This document shows, piece by piece, positions 13,428 to 27,707 of a stretch of DNA of 64,000 nucleotides. Source of the DNA: Eledone cirrhosa (lineage: Eukaryota); contig OZ024755.1 in NCBI GenBank assembly GCA_964016885.1, positions 22,816,001 through 22,880,000 of the forward strand, in the 5' to 3' direction. Positions within the stretch are counted from its first letter, which is position 1; each line of letters starts with the position of its first letter. The notes beneath the pieces are model-generated. The model saw only the letters and a program-made list of their open reading frames with translations. It searched no databases and was not told where the DNA came from. The position numbers were made by a program, and so were the translations under genes.

Positions 13428-13870
13428 TGCAGCATAGCCGAATGGTTAAGATGTTCACTTCACAATCATTGAGTCCCAGGTTTGATCCCACTTCGTGGCA
13501 TCTTGAGCAAATGTCATTTACCAGTCTCAGGTTGACCTGTGCTTTGTGTGAAATTGGGGAGATGGAAGCCTTGTTGGCTGGACTGTAGCTGTAATTAAAA
13601 TGGCCAGCTTTGTCGCTTTGTCACACACAGTGCCACACTGAATCTACTTGAGAATGAAATTAAGGGTACATGTGCCAATGGAATCCTCTGCCGCATACAT
13701 GTTCATTTCATGGCCAGCTTTGTCGCTTTGTCACACACAGTGCCAGAATGAAATTAAGGGTACATGTGCCAATGGAATCCTCTGCCACATACATGTTCAT
13801 TTCATGAGTTGGCTGTTCTGTTGATCGAATAACTCAAACACTCATCATTGAAACCAGCAGAAATCCATCC
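13428..13870 (+). mobile_element. Degenerate SINE in the SNRPC 3' UTR with an internal tandem duplication
   Basis: tRNA-like head at 13430-13500; 13600-13710 is repeated, with a deletion, at 13710-13806. Confidence 0.65.
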
Positions 13871-14172
13871 CCCTCTATCTACCTTTTACTCTTATTTCTA
13901 ATGCACCCACGTGTGTCTGTATATATGTATACACTTTATATATTTATATATATATATATACTGGTTGTCTGCTCAATACAAAGCTTGACCACTCATATAA
14001 AATTTTGGCCTTTGTTCCATGTATGAACATAAATATATAATGTGTGTGTATATATATATATATATAAATATATATATATATTTATATACATTTCATATAA
14101 GGGGATTATATGAGAAGAGAATTTATTTTACATTTTTTTTTACATAAATTCATCTTTGTACTATGTATAAAA

Positions 14173-14221
14173 AATAAATAAAAATGTTACACTAAATTTT
14201 GAGAAAATACTGAGGAATAAA
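14173..14221 (+). terminator. Candidate SNRPC polyadenylation signals
   Basis: AATAAA at 14173, 14177 and 14216, about 1 kb after the stop, followed by a T/GT-rich stretch. Confidence 0.45.
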
Positions 14222-14622
14222 ACATTTTTCATTAAAAAAAATGAGTTGTTTTTCATTAAATGTATGTCTTCATGAAGAAGGAATGAGTTTTGATAAATTG
14301 TGGCAGTACAGGAATTTTTACGACTTCCAAATGAAACATCATTAGAAATTGTTGGCAGTAGTAGTAAAAAAAGGTAATATTTTTTATATCAGTAATTTTT
14401 TTTTAAGGGGACAAAATGGCAAGAGTCATTAAGGTGTTGTACTAAAAATGCCTTGGTATTTGTTCCAGCTCACTGCACTCTGAGTTCAAATCCCACCAAG
14501 GTCAACTTTGTCTTTCATCCTTCTAGGGTTGATATAATAGATTTTTCCCAGTTCATCAAAATGACTGGCCTTGTGCATAAATTAGAAACCATTATTATTA
14601 TTAGTAGTAGTGGATTATTAGT

Positions 14623-14812
14623 AGGGCGGTGGATTGGCAGTATCGGTAGAGGGTCGGACGCCATGCTTTGACGCATAGAGTTACGGCCCTTGCCATTCTG
14701 AGTTCAAATCCCGCCGAGGTTAACTTTGCCTTTCATCCTTACGGGGTTGATAAAATAAAGTACCAGTAATACACTGGGTAATTTTTGGCCTTGTGCCAAA
14801 AGTAGAAACAAT
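14623..14812 (+). mobile_element. tRNA-derived SINE family A (Meta-domain-like), representative copy
   Basis: A box TGGCAGTATCGG, B box GAGTTCAAATCC, GCCTTTCATCCTTACGGGG..AAAGTACCAG domain, ATT tail; other copies near 9257, 11794, 12122(-), 12735, 31830(-), 32395(-), 41580(-), 45695, 45915. Confidence 0.85.
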
Positions 14813-15478
14813 TATATATATTGTTACAGTATTTATTATTATTTTTATTCATGAAATAGTCTGAAGTTTGATGAAGCTATGGAGTATTTGGATATGTATA
14901 ACATCCCAGCTGTGTTTTACATGACTGAATGGATTTTATATGTGTATATATATATATATATATATTTGAAAAAGGTAAAAGAATGATTTCACTTGTGTTA
15001 AAAAATTTTTGATTTAATTTTATAATATTATGAGTTGGTAGATCTAGTAAGTTCTTTAACTTTGGTGGGAAGAATTTTAGAGATTCCTGGTTAACTTGGG
15101 TTGGAGAACTTTCTCGCATTCGTCTGTCTGTGGCGATTGTCAAACAGTTTGACAATATAATATAAAATTGTCAAACAGTTTGACAATATAATATAAAATT
15201 GTCAAACAGTTTGACAATATAATATAAAATTAAATCAAACATTTTTTAACACTACAAGTGAAGTCATTCTTTTCCTTTTTTTCAAATATACCTAACTACC
15301 AAGGATCTCACACATTTTCCAATATATATATATATAGTCTAAGTAGTGAGGTTATAGGAAATATATTTTCCATAATCTCAGTTGCTCACAATTACTCAAT
15401 GAGATATAGTTTGAATGTATAAGCGAGCTAACTACTCTGAGTGCTAACAAAGTGTATATTTATAATGGAGCGGTTGTA

Positions 15479-15597
15479 CATGGTTCTCTCTTGGACCCTG
15501 GGGATTCTGCAAGTACAGATTGCACTGAAAAATGCAATTTACAATTGTCAGTCCAGTCTATACTTGCAGAAACCCATGGGTCCAGGATAGAACCATG
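15479..15597. repeat. Short foldback palindrome (two hammerhead 3' halves)
   Basis: Imperfect ~119-bp hairpin; right half reads GAA ACCCATGGGT C caggat. Confidence 0.75.
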
Positions 15598-15832
15598 AGC
15601 CACCTTGCGTTCTGGTGCAGAGCCACTGTCTTGGAGTGTGCATACATTTCAAGAACCAAGATGTTTGTTATTTTTAAATTGCTTCATATTCTTACTGCAT
15701 ATACTGGATAACCCAACAGCTGCAGCTAATTATAATAATGTTCAATTCGTTTGTAAACAAACGAGCCCGATTAGAAGCTATGCCGTGTTGGTGACAGATC
15801 GTCACCTGTTTGTTCAACACAGGCTTTGAGGA

Positions 15833-15875
15833 ACAATCAACATGTTTCTGGGCCATTACCCTTCATCAGGACTGT
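15833..15875 (-). ncRNA. Minimal type I hammerhead ribozyme motif
   Basis: acagtc CTGATGA a-ggg-taatgg-ccc-a GAA ACATGT T gattgt: stem I 6 bp, palindromic stem III, GUU site. Confidence 0.7.
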
Positions 15876-17593
15876 AGACCTCTCTGCCAATGTTTTGAAT
15901 GGTTGAAAATATATAGTATTTTCTTAAGTATACACCAGCTGAGTAGCCTCATTTGCATACCGAGCAAGTTGCGGCTGGCTTTGCTGAATATTAAAACTAA
16001 AATAAGAATTTTATTTCTCGCCCTAACACAGCTGACACATAAAAGTAAGTATGCATACATATACATATACATATTTGTATATATACACACACATATATAC
16101 ATATGTACGTATGATGTGTTGTTTCCTTGAGCAAGACACTTTATTTCACATTGCTCCAGTTTACTCAGCTGTAGAAATGAGATCATAGGTCTGGTGTCCA
16201 TATCATTCCACTGCAAAGTGGTTGTGGAGGTGCCACGGCAAAAAAGCACCCAGCCCACACTGTAAAGTGGACGTGTAGGCGTCACGGAAAAAAAAGTACC
16301 CAGCACTCACTGTAAATGAGGTTGGTGTTAGGAAGGGCATCCAGCTGTAGAAATCAAGCCAGAATCAGTTCCCGTCCCACCCTTGCAAGTAGGGAAAAAC
16401 GAACGTAAAATGATGATGATGATGATGGGTTATATTGAACATTAATAATTGTTTCTACTTTAGGCACAAGGCCAGCAATTACCTGGTACTTTATTTTATC
16501 GACCCCATAATGTTAATAATAATGTTTGATTCGTTTGTAAACAAACGAGCCCGGTTAGAAGCTGACTGATCGTCAGTGACTGCTAGTGACTGATCGTCAA
16601 CTGTTTGTTCAACACTGGCTTTGTTCAAACAGGTAACGATCGGTCACCTGGAGAAGGATGGGGTTCCTCGGGATTTTAAAATGTCCCCAAAATGCTGTAT
16701 GTCACTATATCTCCATCAGGAATTGAAGGACCATACCGCAGAAAACAAAAATCAGTTTAAAAAGCAAAATCCATAAATAGGTTTTTTTATTTAAACATCT
16801 TTTTATTAATATAATTATTGATGTATACAAATGTTTAAATGCTTTATTACGAACAGGAGGAGAATACAAAATTCAGAAGCAGAAAAAATAAATATATATC
16901 TTCTTTTAATTGTAAAATGATAAAGAAAGGGGAAAAAATGGAATTAAGCAGATTATAGATTACAGAAAAAATAAGGGGAATATCGGTGAAATGTTTCGAT
17001 ATAAAGGATCAAGGAGCAATAGTAATATAAACCACAGATAAAAGAAAGTAAAATAACAATGAGGAGAAAGCATTTCGAATGCTATGCATATATATATATG
17101 TATATATATAATATATATATATATATAATATATATATATATATAATATATATATATATATATTAAGAAAAACAATGAAGTTTCATTTATACGTAGCTAGT
17201 TTTTTATCATGTATGAACCTGCTATGCGTGTTTTGCAGAGGATTGGCTCAGGGTTACTCATAGGAGTTATGGGACCTGTTCTTCAAACTGGTGATTCAAC
17301 AAAGAATACAGTGTTTGTTGTGATTTGAGAAATGATGGGTATATATAAACATCAGCCCTATTTCTTTTCGAGTCTGTGTGGGCATATGTAAATGTTTGAG
17401 TGTTTAGACAGGGCTATATATATATATATATATATAAGAAACAGGGGCTGTGTAGTTGCTGGATAAGGAGTACTTATAAATAAGAGAAAAGCACGAACAG
17501 GAGAATATATATATATATATATATATAAGAAACAGGGGCTGTGTAGTTGCTGGATAAGGAGTACTTATAAATAAGAGAAAAGCACGAACAGGA

Positions 17594-17624
<31 letters not shown>

Positions 17625-17812
17625 ACTGAACAAAAAGGAAAAACGAACACAGACATATATATTTATATATGTTTATATATGTGTGTTCAAGTCGTAATGG
17701 ACCAAAATCGCTAAGGTGAAAAAAAATACTAACTACAGACAATAGGGTTTGCTAGACTCAATTTAAGAATAAATTAAGAAAAATAAATACAAACCAGTAT
17801 TGTGGTAACTAC

Positions 17813-17899
17813 CATCACCCAGACGGTCTTTGATAGGAACGGTTCGCAATATTATTTGCGAAGAGTTATACCAAATTCCAGGCTCATCAGTGGATGATG
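17813..17899 (-). ncRNA. Degenerate hammerhead motif (GAAA segment apparently deleted)
   Basis: catcatcca CTGATGA ..long hairpin.. GTC tgggtgatg; 9-bp stem I intact. Confidence 0.5.
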
Positions 17900-20800
17900 A
17901 AATTAGTATCCTCCTCACTTCTAAGTCAAATAGAAAACTGGAAAATGTGTGTATATATATAACGCACATGGTTCCCGAACTTAGCGTGTCGCGTATACTT
18001 ACGCCCCTAAAAATAGCAGCCGAGTCTACACAACATTTGAAATAGTTCGACGAATTAACGGAGCCGAATATATATATATATATATAAATGAAAATAGAGA
18101 AATTAATGTGAGCAAGAAGCCAACAGTATTTCATAATATATAAGTGACTATAACGTCAAAATGGAAAATATTTAACGTAAGATATGGATATATATAGATA
18201 TATATATATTTTTTTCATGTGCTTATGCATCTGTGTGTGTATTTATTCATATGTGTCTGTGTGTGTTTGTGCCTTTGCTTTTAATTGTTGGTATGGGTGT
18301 GTTGTCAGCTGGACATTTAAAGTGCTGATTTTGTCAGGTACTGTCAGCAGGGGACTGTGAAGTTAAGTACTGATCAGTATTTGTGTCATAGTATGTCTAG
18401 GGTCAACACATTTGTAATGACAATCATCACTAAACAAAATACAGTAGCCACAATCGCCTGTCTGAAGAGCAGATCAATAATGGAGTGGGGTTCATAACTT
18501 CTTTGCAGGACACTGAGTCAATCTTCTTTGAAACACATAACAAGTGGATACACAATAAAAAACTAACTATACCTAAACAAAACTGAATCATTTTTCTTAA
18601 TATATACACTCTGCCTGTGCATTGAGTGCTCATTTTGGTACCACCACCAATAATTCACTGAATCACATACACTATATATATATACCACATGTGTATGTAT
18701 ATATGTATATATATAGCACAATAGTTAAGGAACAGCAAGGTACAAGTCCCAAAGTGTAGAGGATCCACAGACCAAATCATTGCCTTGAATAAGGGCAATG
18801 TTAGCTTGTACAAACCTGACAGGCATCAGTCTAGGTTGATTTTTGTCAGCTGAAGCCTTCTGTATACTAATACACAACCTTGAAAAGAAACTTTACCACA
18901 TGGATGGCAAAGTTAACAATGCTGAATGTCACATGGTTAACAAGGTTTATAATACTGAAATACAGTTTTTCATTTGATCCTGAGTCAGAAACAAGCCTGC
19001 TGCCTCCATATTTAACAAGAAAAAAAAAAGGGAGCTGGTGCCACACTCTGGCTGACTTTTCAAAAATATATCCCCCCCCACCAAAAAAAGCCATGTTTAC
19101 AGTGCAAACTAAAAAGGGGAGACAACAAAATTGTCCAGTTTATCAGCCTTCATACATTGATATATATTTATATTATATACACATATATTAATACACATAT
19201 TTATATTAAAATATTGGGAAAAAATACAACCACTTGCATAAAATATGTTTATAACAACCACAAACATCTGTGCATGATAGGAACAATATTTTTACATAAC
19301 AATTTTTTTTTCCATTTTATCCTTTATTTCATATTTTAATAACCTTGAGTGAAATCGTTAAACAAGAACATTTTTTTTAACATTTCAAATATAGTTCTTT
19401 TTTTTATGATTATATTTTACTTTATTTTTATTTTCAGATTTGATACTTAGAATAGTAGGTTTTTAAATTTCATTTTTTGGCATCTGAAAGATGGGATGAA
19501 TTTATTTATAAACCAATGTCTTAATTGTATCATGCCCTATCACAATTCTGCCCCACAAATTCTGTTTATATATTTATTTTTCGTTTTGTTTTGAGTTGTT
19601 TTTTTTAAGCGAAGGGACCCTGACACTCATTTTTCCATGTAAAATGATTTGTTATTTGTTTTTAAAAAATGCAAGAATTTCTTAAGAAATGCTTGACTTT
19701 ATTGATGGCAGATACTTTAAATTTCCAAAGGCACCATTAAAACTGAGATTTCTTTCTGCTAAGGTCTCAAGTAGGGAGAGGACAGTTCTGTTTAACATAT
19801 TCTAACAGCAAAGAACCTTATGTAATATGTGTGAATGCAGGCTTAAAAAAAAAAAAATTAGTTCAAAATTTATTTGCAGTGGTGTGATAAAACTTGATTG
19901 ACAAGAAAAAAAATGTTTGTTGAAATAAACAATGTACTCTACACCATATATATAAACACGCACACACACATCTGTGTTATTTCAGAGTGACTTCTTACAT
20001 AACGAAGTCGACAATCTGCTAAAAAATCAGTTATATACGCTTTCCTCTTTTTTTCAACTAACCAAATTAAAATTGCCTTTATCAAACATTATTAACTCAT
20101 AACATCCTGTAAAGATTTAGCAGAAAATATCTAAAAACGGGTTCCTTAGTTTAAATATTTATTGTATCTTTACTAGTGGACAGATCTTTGTGAAAATATT
20201 CAGCATTATAGTAAAGTTTTCAATCTTTAATGTGACACAATCCTAATACTGTCCAAGAATGCCTTGCTAATGCAATTACATCATGTAATTTACATGTAGT
20301 ACAATACATTAAGATTTAACATCCATTTTAGCAGAAAATATCTAAAAACATATTTGTTAATTCAAGTGTTTATAATATCTTTACTAGTGGACAGATTTCT
20401 GTGAAAATTTACAGTAAACTAAAGTAAAGATTTAAATTTATAATGTGATGCTCTAAAAGTGACATTTTGTACTTTTCAAGAATGTTTTGTTAATGTGGTT
20501 CCATGCAGTACAATACATTAAGAGTTAGCCATTCTTAATATACCTACAGTTTCTCTTCATTTCTTATCATTACCTTCATCCTACTTCTTGTCCTTCATTG
20601 ATTGATTAATCACAATTGTACTAAATCATCCCTCCACCAATCCTTCAACCCCCTCTCACCAGAACTACCTCCCTCTGGAAATTATTTCTGCTTATGATTC
20701 CCCTTCAACTAACTGACTATTAACTATACTGCTCTCATCCAGATATCTCTGTCTTCCAGTATAAGATAGTCATCAAATAAAAAAAAATAAATAAAACTGA

Positions 20801-22751
20801 CTAGAGCTACCTTTCCTCCTTTTCAAATAAACAATAACAAAGGTAAATGAGAAGTTGTAAGGTTCATGCCTTTCTCAAAGATATTAGAGACATTTAAGTG
20901 AAGTGGTTACTATCTGTGAATCAAATCCATCACTCAGTCTCATGAAAAACATATTTCTGCTGCCTAATGAGTGTGTGTATATGGTTGATTTTAGTTTAAC
21001 AATGATCAAAATTATTTCTCAAAGGTGATATATATTAAAAATACATTCAAAATAGACAATTTGACCTGCAAGATCTGATTTTTACAGACTTTTGGGGTGA
21101 GAGGAAAGTCAATTAAATTGACCTCAGTACTTTCCTGGTACTTTATATTGTCAACATTGGAAAAAGGATGAAAGGAAAAGTTAACCTTGATGGAATTTAG
21201 ATTCAGAGCATGAAGGGTTGGAACAAATACCACAATGCTCTTACGATTCTGCAAATATATTATCCTTTAAAAACATTAAACAGAACTCCCATAGAAGTGA
21301 AATCATGTGACTGATGTATACTGAACAGCTGCCTTACTGGTTACACCAATAATTATTCATTTATATCTGGCTTGTGCCCAGATCTGTCTTTCACATATTG
21401 GAGTTCTATCTCATCTGCATGCTCATAAGAGCCATAGTCAAGTTATCTGATGAAGAGAAGCAATGTCATCAATCAATGTATTGATGAACAAGCAGCAGAG
21501 AGACACCAATAATTATAATTGTTTCTACTTTTGGCACAAGGCCAGCAATTATCCCAGTGTATTACTGGTACTTTATTTTATCGTCCCCGTAAAGATGAAA
21601 GGCCAATGGTTATAAAAATGGGAAATAATTTGTTATTTAACTTAATTTTGCTAAACTCTATATTTTACTATTGATAAGTCAACAATTTGATCCTACCACT
21701 TGACTGGGTTTATTTTAAAACTTTTAATACTAAACTGCCTTCCTCTCCCCAAATCTACACCTGGTTCAATGATACTAAGCTGTTTATTCTAATGTATTTA
21801 TATTTATCTTCCATCATTTTATGTCAGAAGCTTTATGCTGTGCACCCAAACACCAGCTTGATATGGAGAAAGTTAGTTATATTACGAAATCCCTCCAAAT
21901 TCTTGATTGTTTTCAAAATGATTAAAAATATGGTACCAAAAGTTTTAAGGAAATTTTAGATCTGTTCAAAAATTTGAGGCATGTGACATTTTTAATGGTT
22001 GTTTTTAACATTTTATGAGTGTTTTAAGTCTTTTAACCATCATTTACCATGTAAGAGCATGTAGTATTTGACACAAAATGTAAACTTACTATATAAAATT
22101 AAATTTAGAATTGTGCAATCAAGGGTCAATTCCATGTTAAAATAATCACCGTCTCCTGCTGTTGTACTGTATTACATCCAAAGACAATGAATTGATGCTC
22201 TTTGAAGGAGAAACATTTTCCACACTCTCAAATGGGAATTACATCAGAGCATGAGATATTCTTAGTAGTTCACATGAACAAAATCAAAACAACTTCCCAG
22301 GATTGAACTCACTATCTTTGTTATGAATTTGGGATGCATTACATTACAATTATAATTTCTTAGTTATATTAATTGCATTACTGTTGCTGCCATTGATGTT
22401 GCCATTGAGCAGATTTGTGGACACCAAAAAATAACTGAGCTTTACCTATCTTTCGGGAAAGTAACCTCACTCTATCTCTTGTTCCTCTTTGCCCAATTAC
22501 AAAAGACTTCAATGTTGTAAAGTGCTGAAGAGTTTGATCATGCATTGAAATATTCTTTCTTGCTCTGTTTAGTTATACTGAATGTAATTTTCCAGCTAGA
22601 ACAACATTGTATCCTTAGCTCTGACTCAGCCTGGTGTTGTATTGTTGTTTGTCATTGTAATTATAAACAGAACATGCATATTACAAACATAGATGGAATG
22701 CAAAGAGTAGCATGTTGAACAATTTTTGGCAAAAAAAGAGTGAGCTAGTAG

Positions 22752-22846
<95 letters not shown>

Positions 22847-23042
22847 GAAGGAGGAGAATGATACTGTATGAGTTTCATAAATTCCTTAAATGACATCAGC
22901 AGCTGCATTAATGAAGTGAAATAAAATGGCTCTGGTTCAACTGTGACTTGAAACTGGGTCATAGATTTGACTCAGCAGGAACTTTCTTTTGTCTGGCACC
23001 TTATACAATAGCAGTAATAAGAATAACAACAACAACAACAAC

Positions 23043-23074
<32 letters not shown>

Positions 23075-25029
23075 TAATAATAAAAATAATAATAATATTA
23101 TTATTATTATTTTGGATAGTAATAAAAATAATATTAATGATCTGTTTTATTGGCCACAAGCGCCCTAGATATTGGAGACAGAACAAAGACAAAACACAAT
23201 AAAGTGGAGATTTATGTTGAATAAAGAAAAGGTAAAATGAACAAAAAATATAATAAATAAAACAAAAAACAGCAGATAACAATAAAATTTCAACAATGAA
23301 AAGTACCCAATCAAGTGATTTCTTTGATACATCAAAAGTGCCAACTCTCAGATTCTTGCCTTCTGTTTACAGTCGTATAATTAAAGCTAATCTGTTTACA
23401 GTCGTATAATCTCATCTACTTCTTGATACCTTGTTGTTGTCAATATGGGATGTTAGTTCCGAGCAATCTTGCCCTCCGCAAAGCTAAGTATGTTTACATA
23501 CGCATAATAGATTGCAGCTGGTTAAAAATGTTATTGATAATGATCTCTGATGTAGACAAAAGGCCTCAGATTTATAGTCAATTAGACTGATCTCAGTACA
23601 TGACTGGTACTTTATTTTATTGACCTCAGAAGGATTAAAGGCAAAGTTGACCTTGGCAAGATTTGAATTCAGAACATAAAGTAGCTGGAACAAATACCAC
23701 AAGGCATTTTATCTGACACTCTAATGATTCTGCCATTTCAGTAACCCTGACAATAATAATGATAATAATAAATGTTTTGAAGACTTGAAAAAGGATGCTG
23801 CCCAAGAGAATCCTTATCATCTCCAATATTAATTAGACCAGTTGGTGGTAGTGGTGATAGTGATGGTGGGGGTAGCAAAGGGCTCTATGTTTCTAATATT
23901 TTGTGTCAATAAACTGTGTCCTTGTCTACTTAGTTAACTAAAAGGTTCAGTGTTTCTAAGTAAGTGGTTTAAACTATACCACTAACTGAATCTCTGAACT
24001 ATGTGCTGCTACACAACTTCTTTTTATAGGTTTTGATTTGTCATGGGATTTTGTATTGCAAAATGTGTATTAGTACATATATATATATATGTATGTATAT
24101 ATATATGTATATATATATGTACACATACATACATATATTTAAAATATCAATGAGTTGCAATAGAGCTGTGTCACTAATTTAGCAAAGGGGTTATGTTCAG
24201 TTGTTAACTGGGAACATATCTATTTTGAGGCTTAAATCCCTAAGTGGTGGCTTCTGTATTTTTAACTAACTAGACCCCTGACTATCTCTGGATCAAGTAG
24301 AGAAATACATATAAGTTAGACAGGGGTGTTTACTGTTGTTATGTAGGGGTCCTATTCTACTATGTCCATGAGTGTTTGTGTTAGAGGCTCTAAACCATCC
24401 ATGTATGAAGGTATCTACTTCAGTTTGAGTAGATCTTAGAATCAGAAAATGTCCTTCCAGTTTTTGTATCATTTTCCAGTTTGTTTATTTATTTATTTAT
24501 TTACCCTAGTCATTTGTTTGCTTCATAAAAATGTATAATTAATTCATAATTAAAAGAACCAAAAATCAAAACAAAACAAAATGTTCTTTTCTTGTAGTCA
24601 TTCCACTTATTTCGATTACAACTGGTCACTTTGGCTTTGCATGGATTTATAAAAAAATAAAAAAAATAAAAAATAAATAAACAAAAAAAAAACACACAAG
24701 AACTGTCACCAGTAATGTTATATTTATATATGACAGATATTTTGTTTGTAGTTTTTGTTGATCAAGTGGCTATAGTTGTCATTGCAGGATTATTAGCATT
24801 ATTATTCTTTTTCTTTCTTTCATTCATTTTCATATTTTAAAAAAACCTAAGCTTTCTTTCTTCCTTTCTTTCTTTTTTTTCCATTATATTCTTAGCAAAG
24901 AAAAACACAACAGACCGGTTGGAAATGGAAACAATTATGAAGGCGAGGAATAGCATTTCAATCCTGTAAGGAATAAAAAAAAAAAGATATATATATATAT
25001 AGCATAACAAATATATGAGAGCAATATCA

Positions 25030-25290
25030 AGTGAGAAAAGTGGTATCATGTAAGAAAAGTGATATCAAGTAAGAAAAGAGAGATCAAATAAGAAAAGAGA
25101 GATCAAGTGAGAAAAGAGAGATCAAGAGAGAAAAGTGAGATCAAATAAGAAAAGAGATGTTCAGTGAGAAAAGTGGGATCAAGTGAGATAGGAGAGGTTT
25201 AGTGAAAAAAAGAGAGGTTCAATGATGAAAGTGGGATCTAGTGTGAAAAGAGAAGTTCAGTAAAAAAAGTGAGATGAAGTGAGAAAAGTG
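25030..25290. repeat. Degenerate 19-bp tandem repeat
   Basis: AAGTGAGAAAAGAGAGATC-like units. Confidence 0.8.
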
Positions 25291-26008
25291 TTCTACAGTC
25301 TAAAATCTGTCTTGAGCCCGAAAGCTCATCAAACCAGTTCATATCCTGGTTTTCTTGGCATTAAATGATTGAGAATACATGACTCCCCACTGGACAGGGC
25401 ACCAGTCTATCAGAGGGTTAAATCCCCGGCTATTGCTGGTACTCATTTTCAGCTGTGTATACTGGAGCAATGCGAAATGAAGTGTTTTGCTCAAGAACAC
25501 AACACACAACTCAGTCCAGGAATTGAAACCACAACATTATGATCCTAAGTCCAACACTTTTTCTTATTCTCATCTATCTTCTTATTTTTTATATCTCTCA
25601 TTTTATCTTCCAATGAAGGACTGCTGTCTGAAACATCTGAATACATTTCCTCCTATATAAAGCATTAAACTAATATATATAATCATTGTACTGTATTATT
25701 TCCGTGTTATTCTTCCTTGTTGACTTTTTGCATACATATAACATATATATATATACATACATGAATGTGTATATATATATATATACAAAAGATGTAAATG
25801 TTTGCAAGAAAAGCAAAGAAAAAAATACAGTGCTCTCAAATAAAAATACCCTATGTGGCATTTGTTCCATAAAAGTTGTACAGAATATCCTTTGACACTT
25901 AAATCATCAGAATACCAGTAATTGGGTTGTCGGAAACTTGTAAAAAATAATGATGCTATTGTCCACCATATGTGATATAGATAAATAATATTGCATCTTA
26001 CCATGAAT

Positions 26009-26065
26009 CTATGCTACTTCTCGAAGTGAACAGCAAAGTATCATTGAAAATATCATTCCCAGAAT
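26009..26065 (-). CDS. Tetraspanin last coding exon: TM4 end and tail
   Basis: ttacag|ILGMIFSMILCCSLREVA*; CD9/CD81-like GMIFSM.LCC; donor gtaag 7 nt after the stop. Confidence 0.93.
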   Translation of the reverse strand: MLGMIFSMILCCSLREVA

Positions 26066-27002
26066 CTGTAACAAGTAAAAAAAAAAAATATGAATAGAAG
26101 TTTATTAAAAAAACAAAACAACAACTAAAACAAAATAAAACAGAACAAATAAATAAATAAACATAGAAAATTTCAAGGAAAAGATTTCTGAGTTGCATTT
26201 GTTTCATAACTCATAAATGAGATTGTATATTGAAGGTAAAACATTTGTATTTCAGTAGAATCAGTGTAGTTATTAAAAACACATATCTGCTATTATTGTC
26301 TCTTGGCCTTTCTGAGGAAGGAGCCCCGCGAGGTTGGGTGGCTGTTGCAGCAGGTGTCGCTGACCATTGTCTGTGCGAATGCTTTTGCAGTCTTGTCTGT
26401 GGATTAATGGAATTTTTACATGAAATGCTTTGTGAAAGTTGCTCCATCTTCTTACACTCTGAGTGGCCAGATGTGGTGAACAAATCTCTATCTTGACAAA
26501 ATAATGTCTTGTGAAAAACATCCATAGGAAGGAATAATTAACCAATTTTCATAATTTCTAATGAAATTTCCATGACAAAAACAGCATTTTTAAACAAAAA
26601 CACCAGAAGTTATTTGTGACATGATGGTGTAAAAAGGAAAATTGTAATATTATACATTATTAGGTATCAAAATCTCTTTCCAAGAATAAATTCTAAAATA
26701 CCACGAATTATAAGCAAACTATTTTTTTCAGCCTGTAACATTGTCAATGTTGGTGGCTCTCTTTTTGATGAATCAGTGATGTTCGTGAGGGTTGCTTGGC
26801 TATTCCTGTACCTTAGCCTCACTATCACCTGCAGCAATACCACGAGTATGTTGGCTTGCCTAAAACATTATTAGAGGGAAGCTTCAGTGCCCTCTGTTGT
26901 CGTGTGTAATTGAGTGTGCATATTTTCTCCCATTTAGTCAGCCTATGAACATTTTAGCCAAACCTCATACATACATGATGTTTATATGTAAAAGTTTCTT
27001 AC

Positions 27003-27086
27003 CATGACAATGGCAATACCAATGGCAACACCCGCAATGATAATCATGTAGTCTGTGAAGAACTCTGTCAACTTATCTTTACAAGG
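27003..27086 (-). CDS. Tetraspanin exon: EC2 end and TM4 start
   Basis: ttgcag|PCKDKLTEFFTDYMIIIAGVAIGIAIVM|gtaaga. Confidence 0.93.
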
Positions 27087-27707
27087 CTGCAATAGAGAAA
27101 TGGTGAAATATTTATTTAAACTAGACAAGATTATTGGTTGGGGGTTGTTTGCAAATTATTTATAATTTCATCATTAACATCATCATCGTAATCATCATCA
27201 TCATCAACCTCACCATGATCGTCATGATGATAATGATGATGATCATCATCATCATCACCATCACCATGATGATGATCATCATCATCATGATAGTCATTAT
27301 CATCATCATCACCACCATAATCATTATGATGATCATAATCATGATTATTTAATGTCTGTTTTTTGTTTTTATCTCCTAGCAAGGGTTGGATAGCTCTTCA
27401 CTGACCTAGTCAGTACTGAAGCAGGGCTTCTGACCCCACAGACAGGTTGGAGTTTGCATCTGACTTGTGTTTTATTAATTTTTGAAAGAATGCTTTGGGT
27501 GTAGAATTTCAGATTTGGTTGAGGTTTGGGAGTGAATTATCCCTAAACTTCCTAAATACATATATTCTAATTGGTGTGGTAATAAATAAGGTTCTGGAAC
27601 AAATGAATTATATATGTGTGTGTGAATCCTCGGTTCAATCGGGGGTATTCCACAGTATAAGTAAGGTACTCAATACATAGCAGAGTATAAATATTTAATA
27701 TAGAAAT

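Noticed and set aside
18430-18633. Hydrophobic ORF (FCLGIVSFLLCIHLLC) as tetraspanin TM4
   Set aside because: A canonical TM4 exon with stop exists at 26009-26065, and the acceptor here is weak
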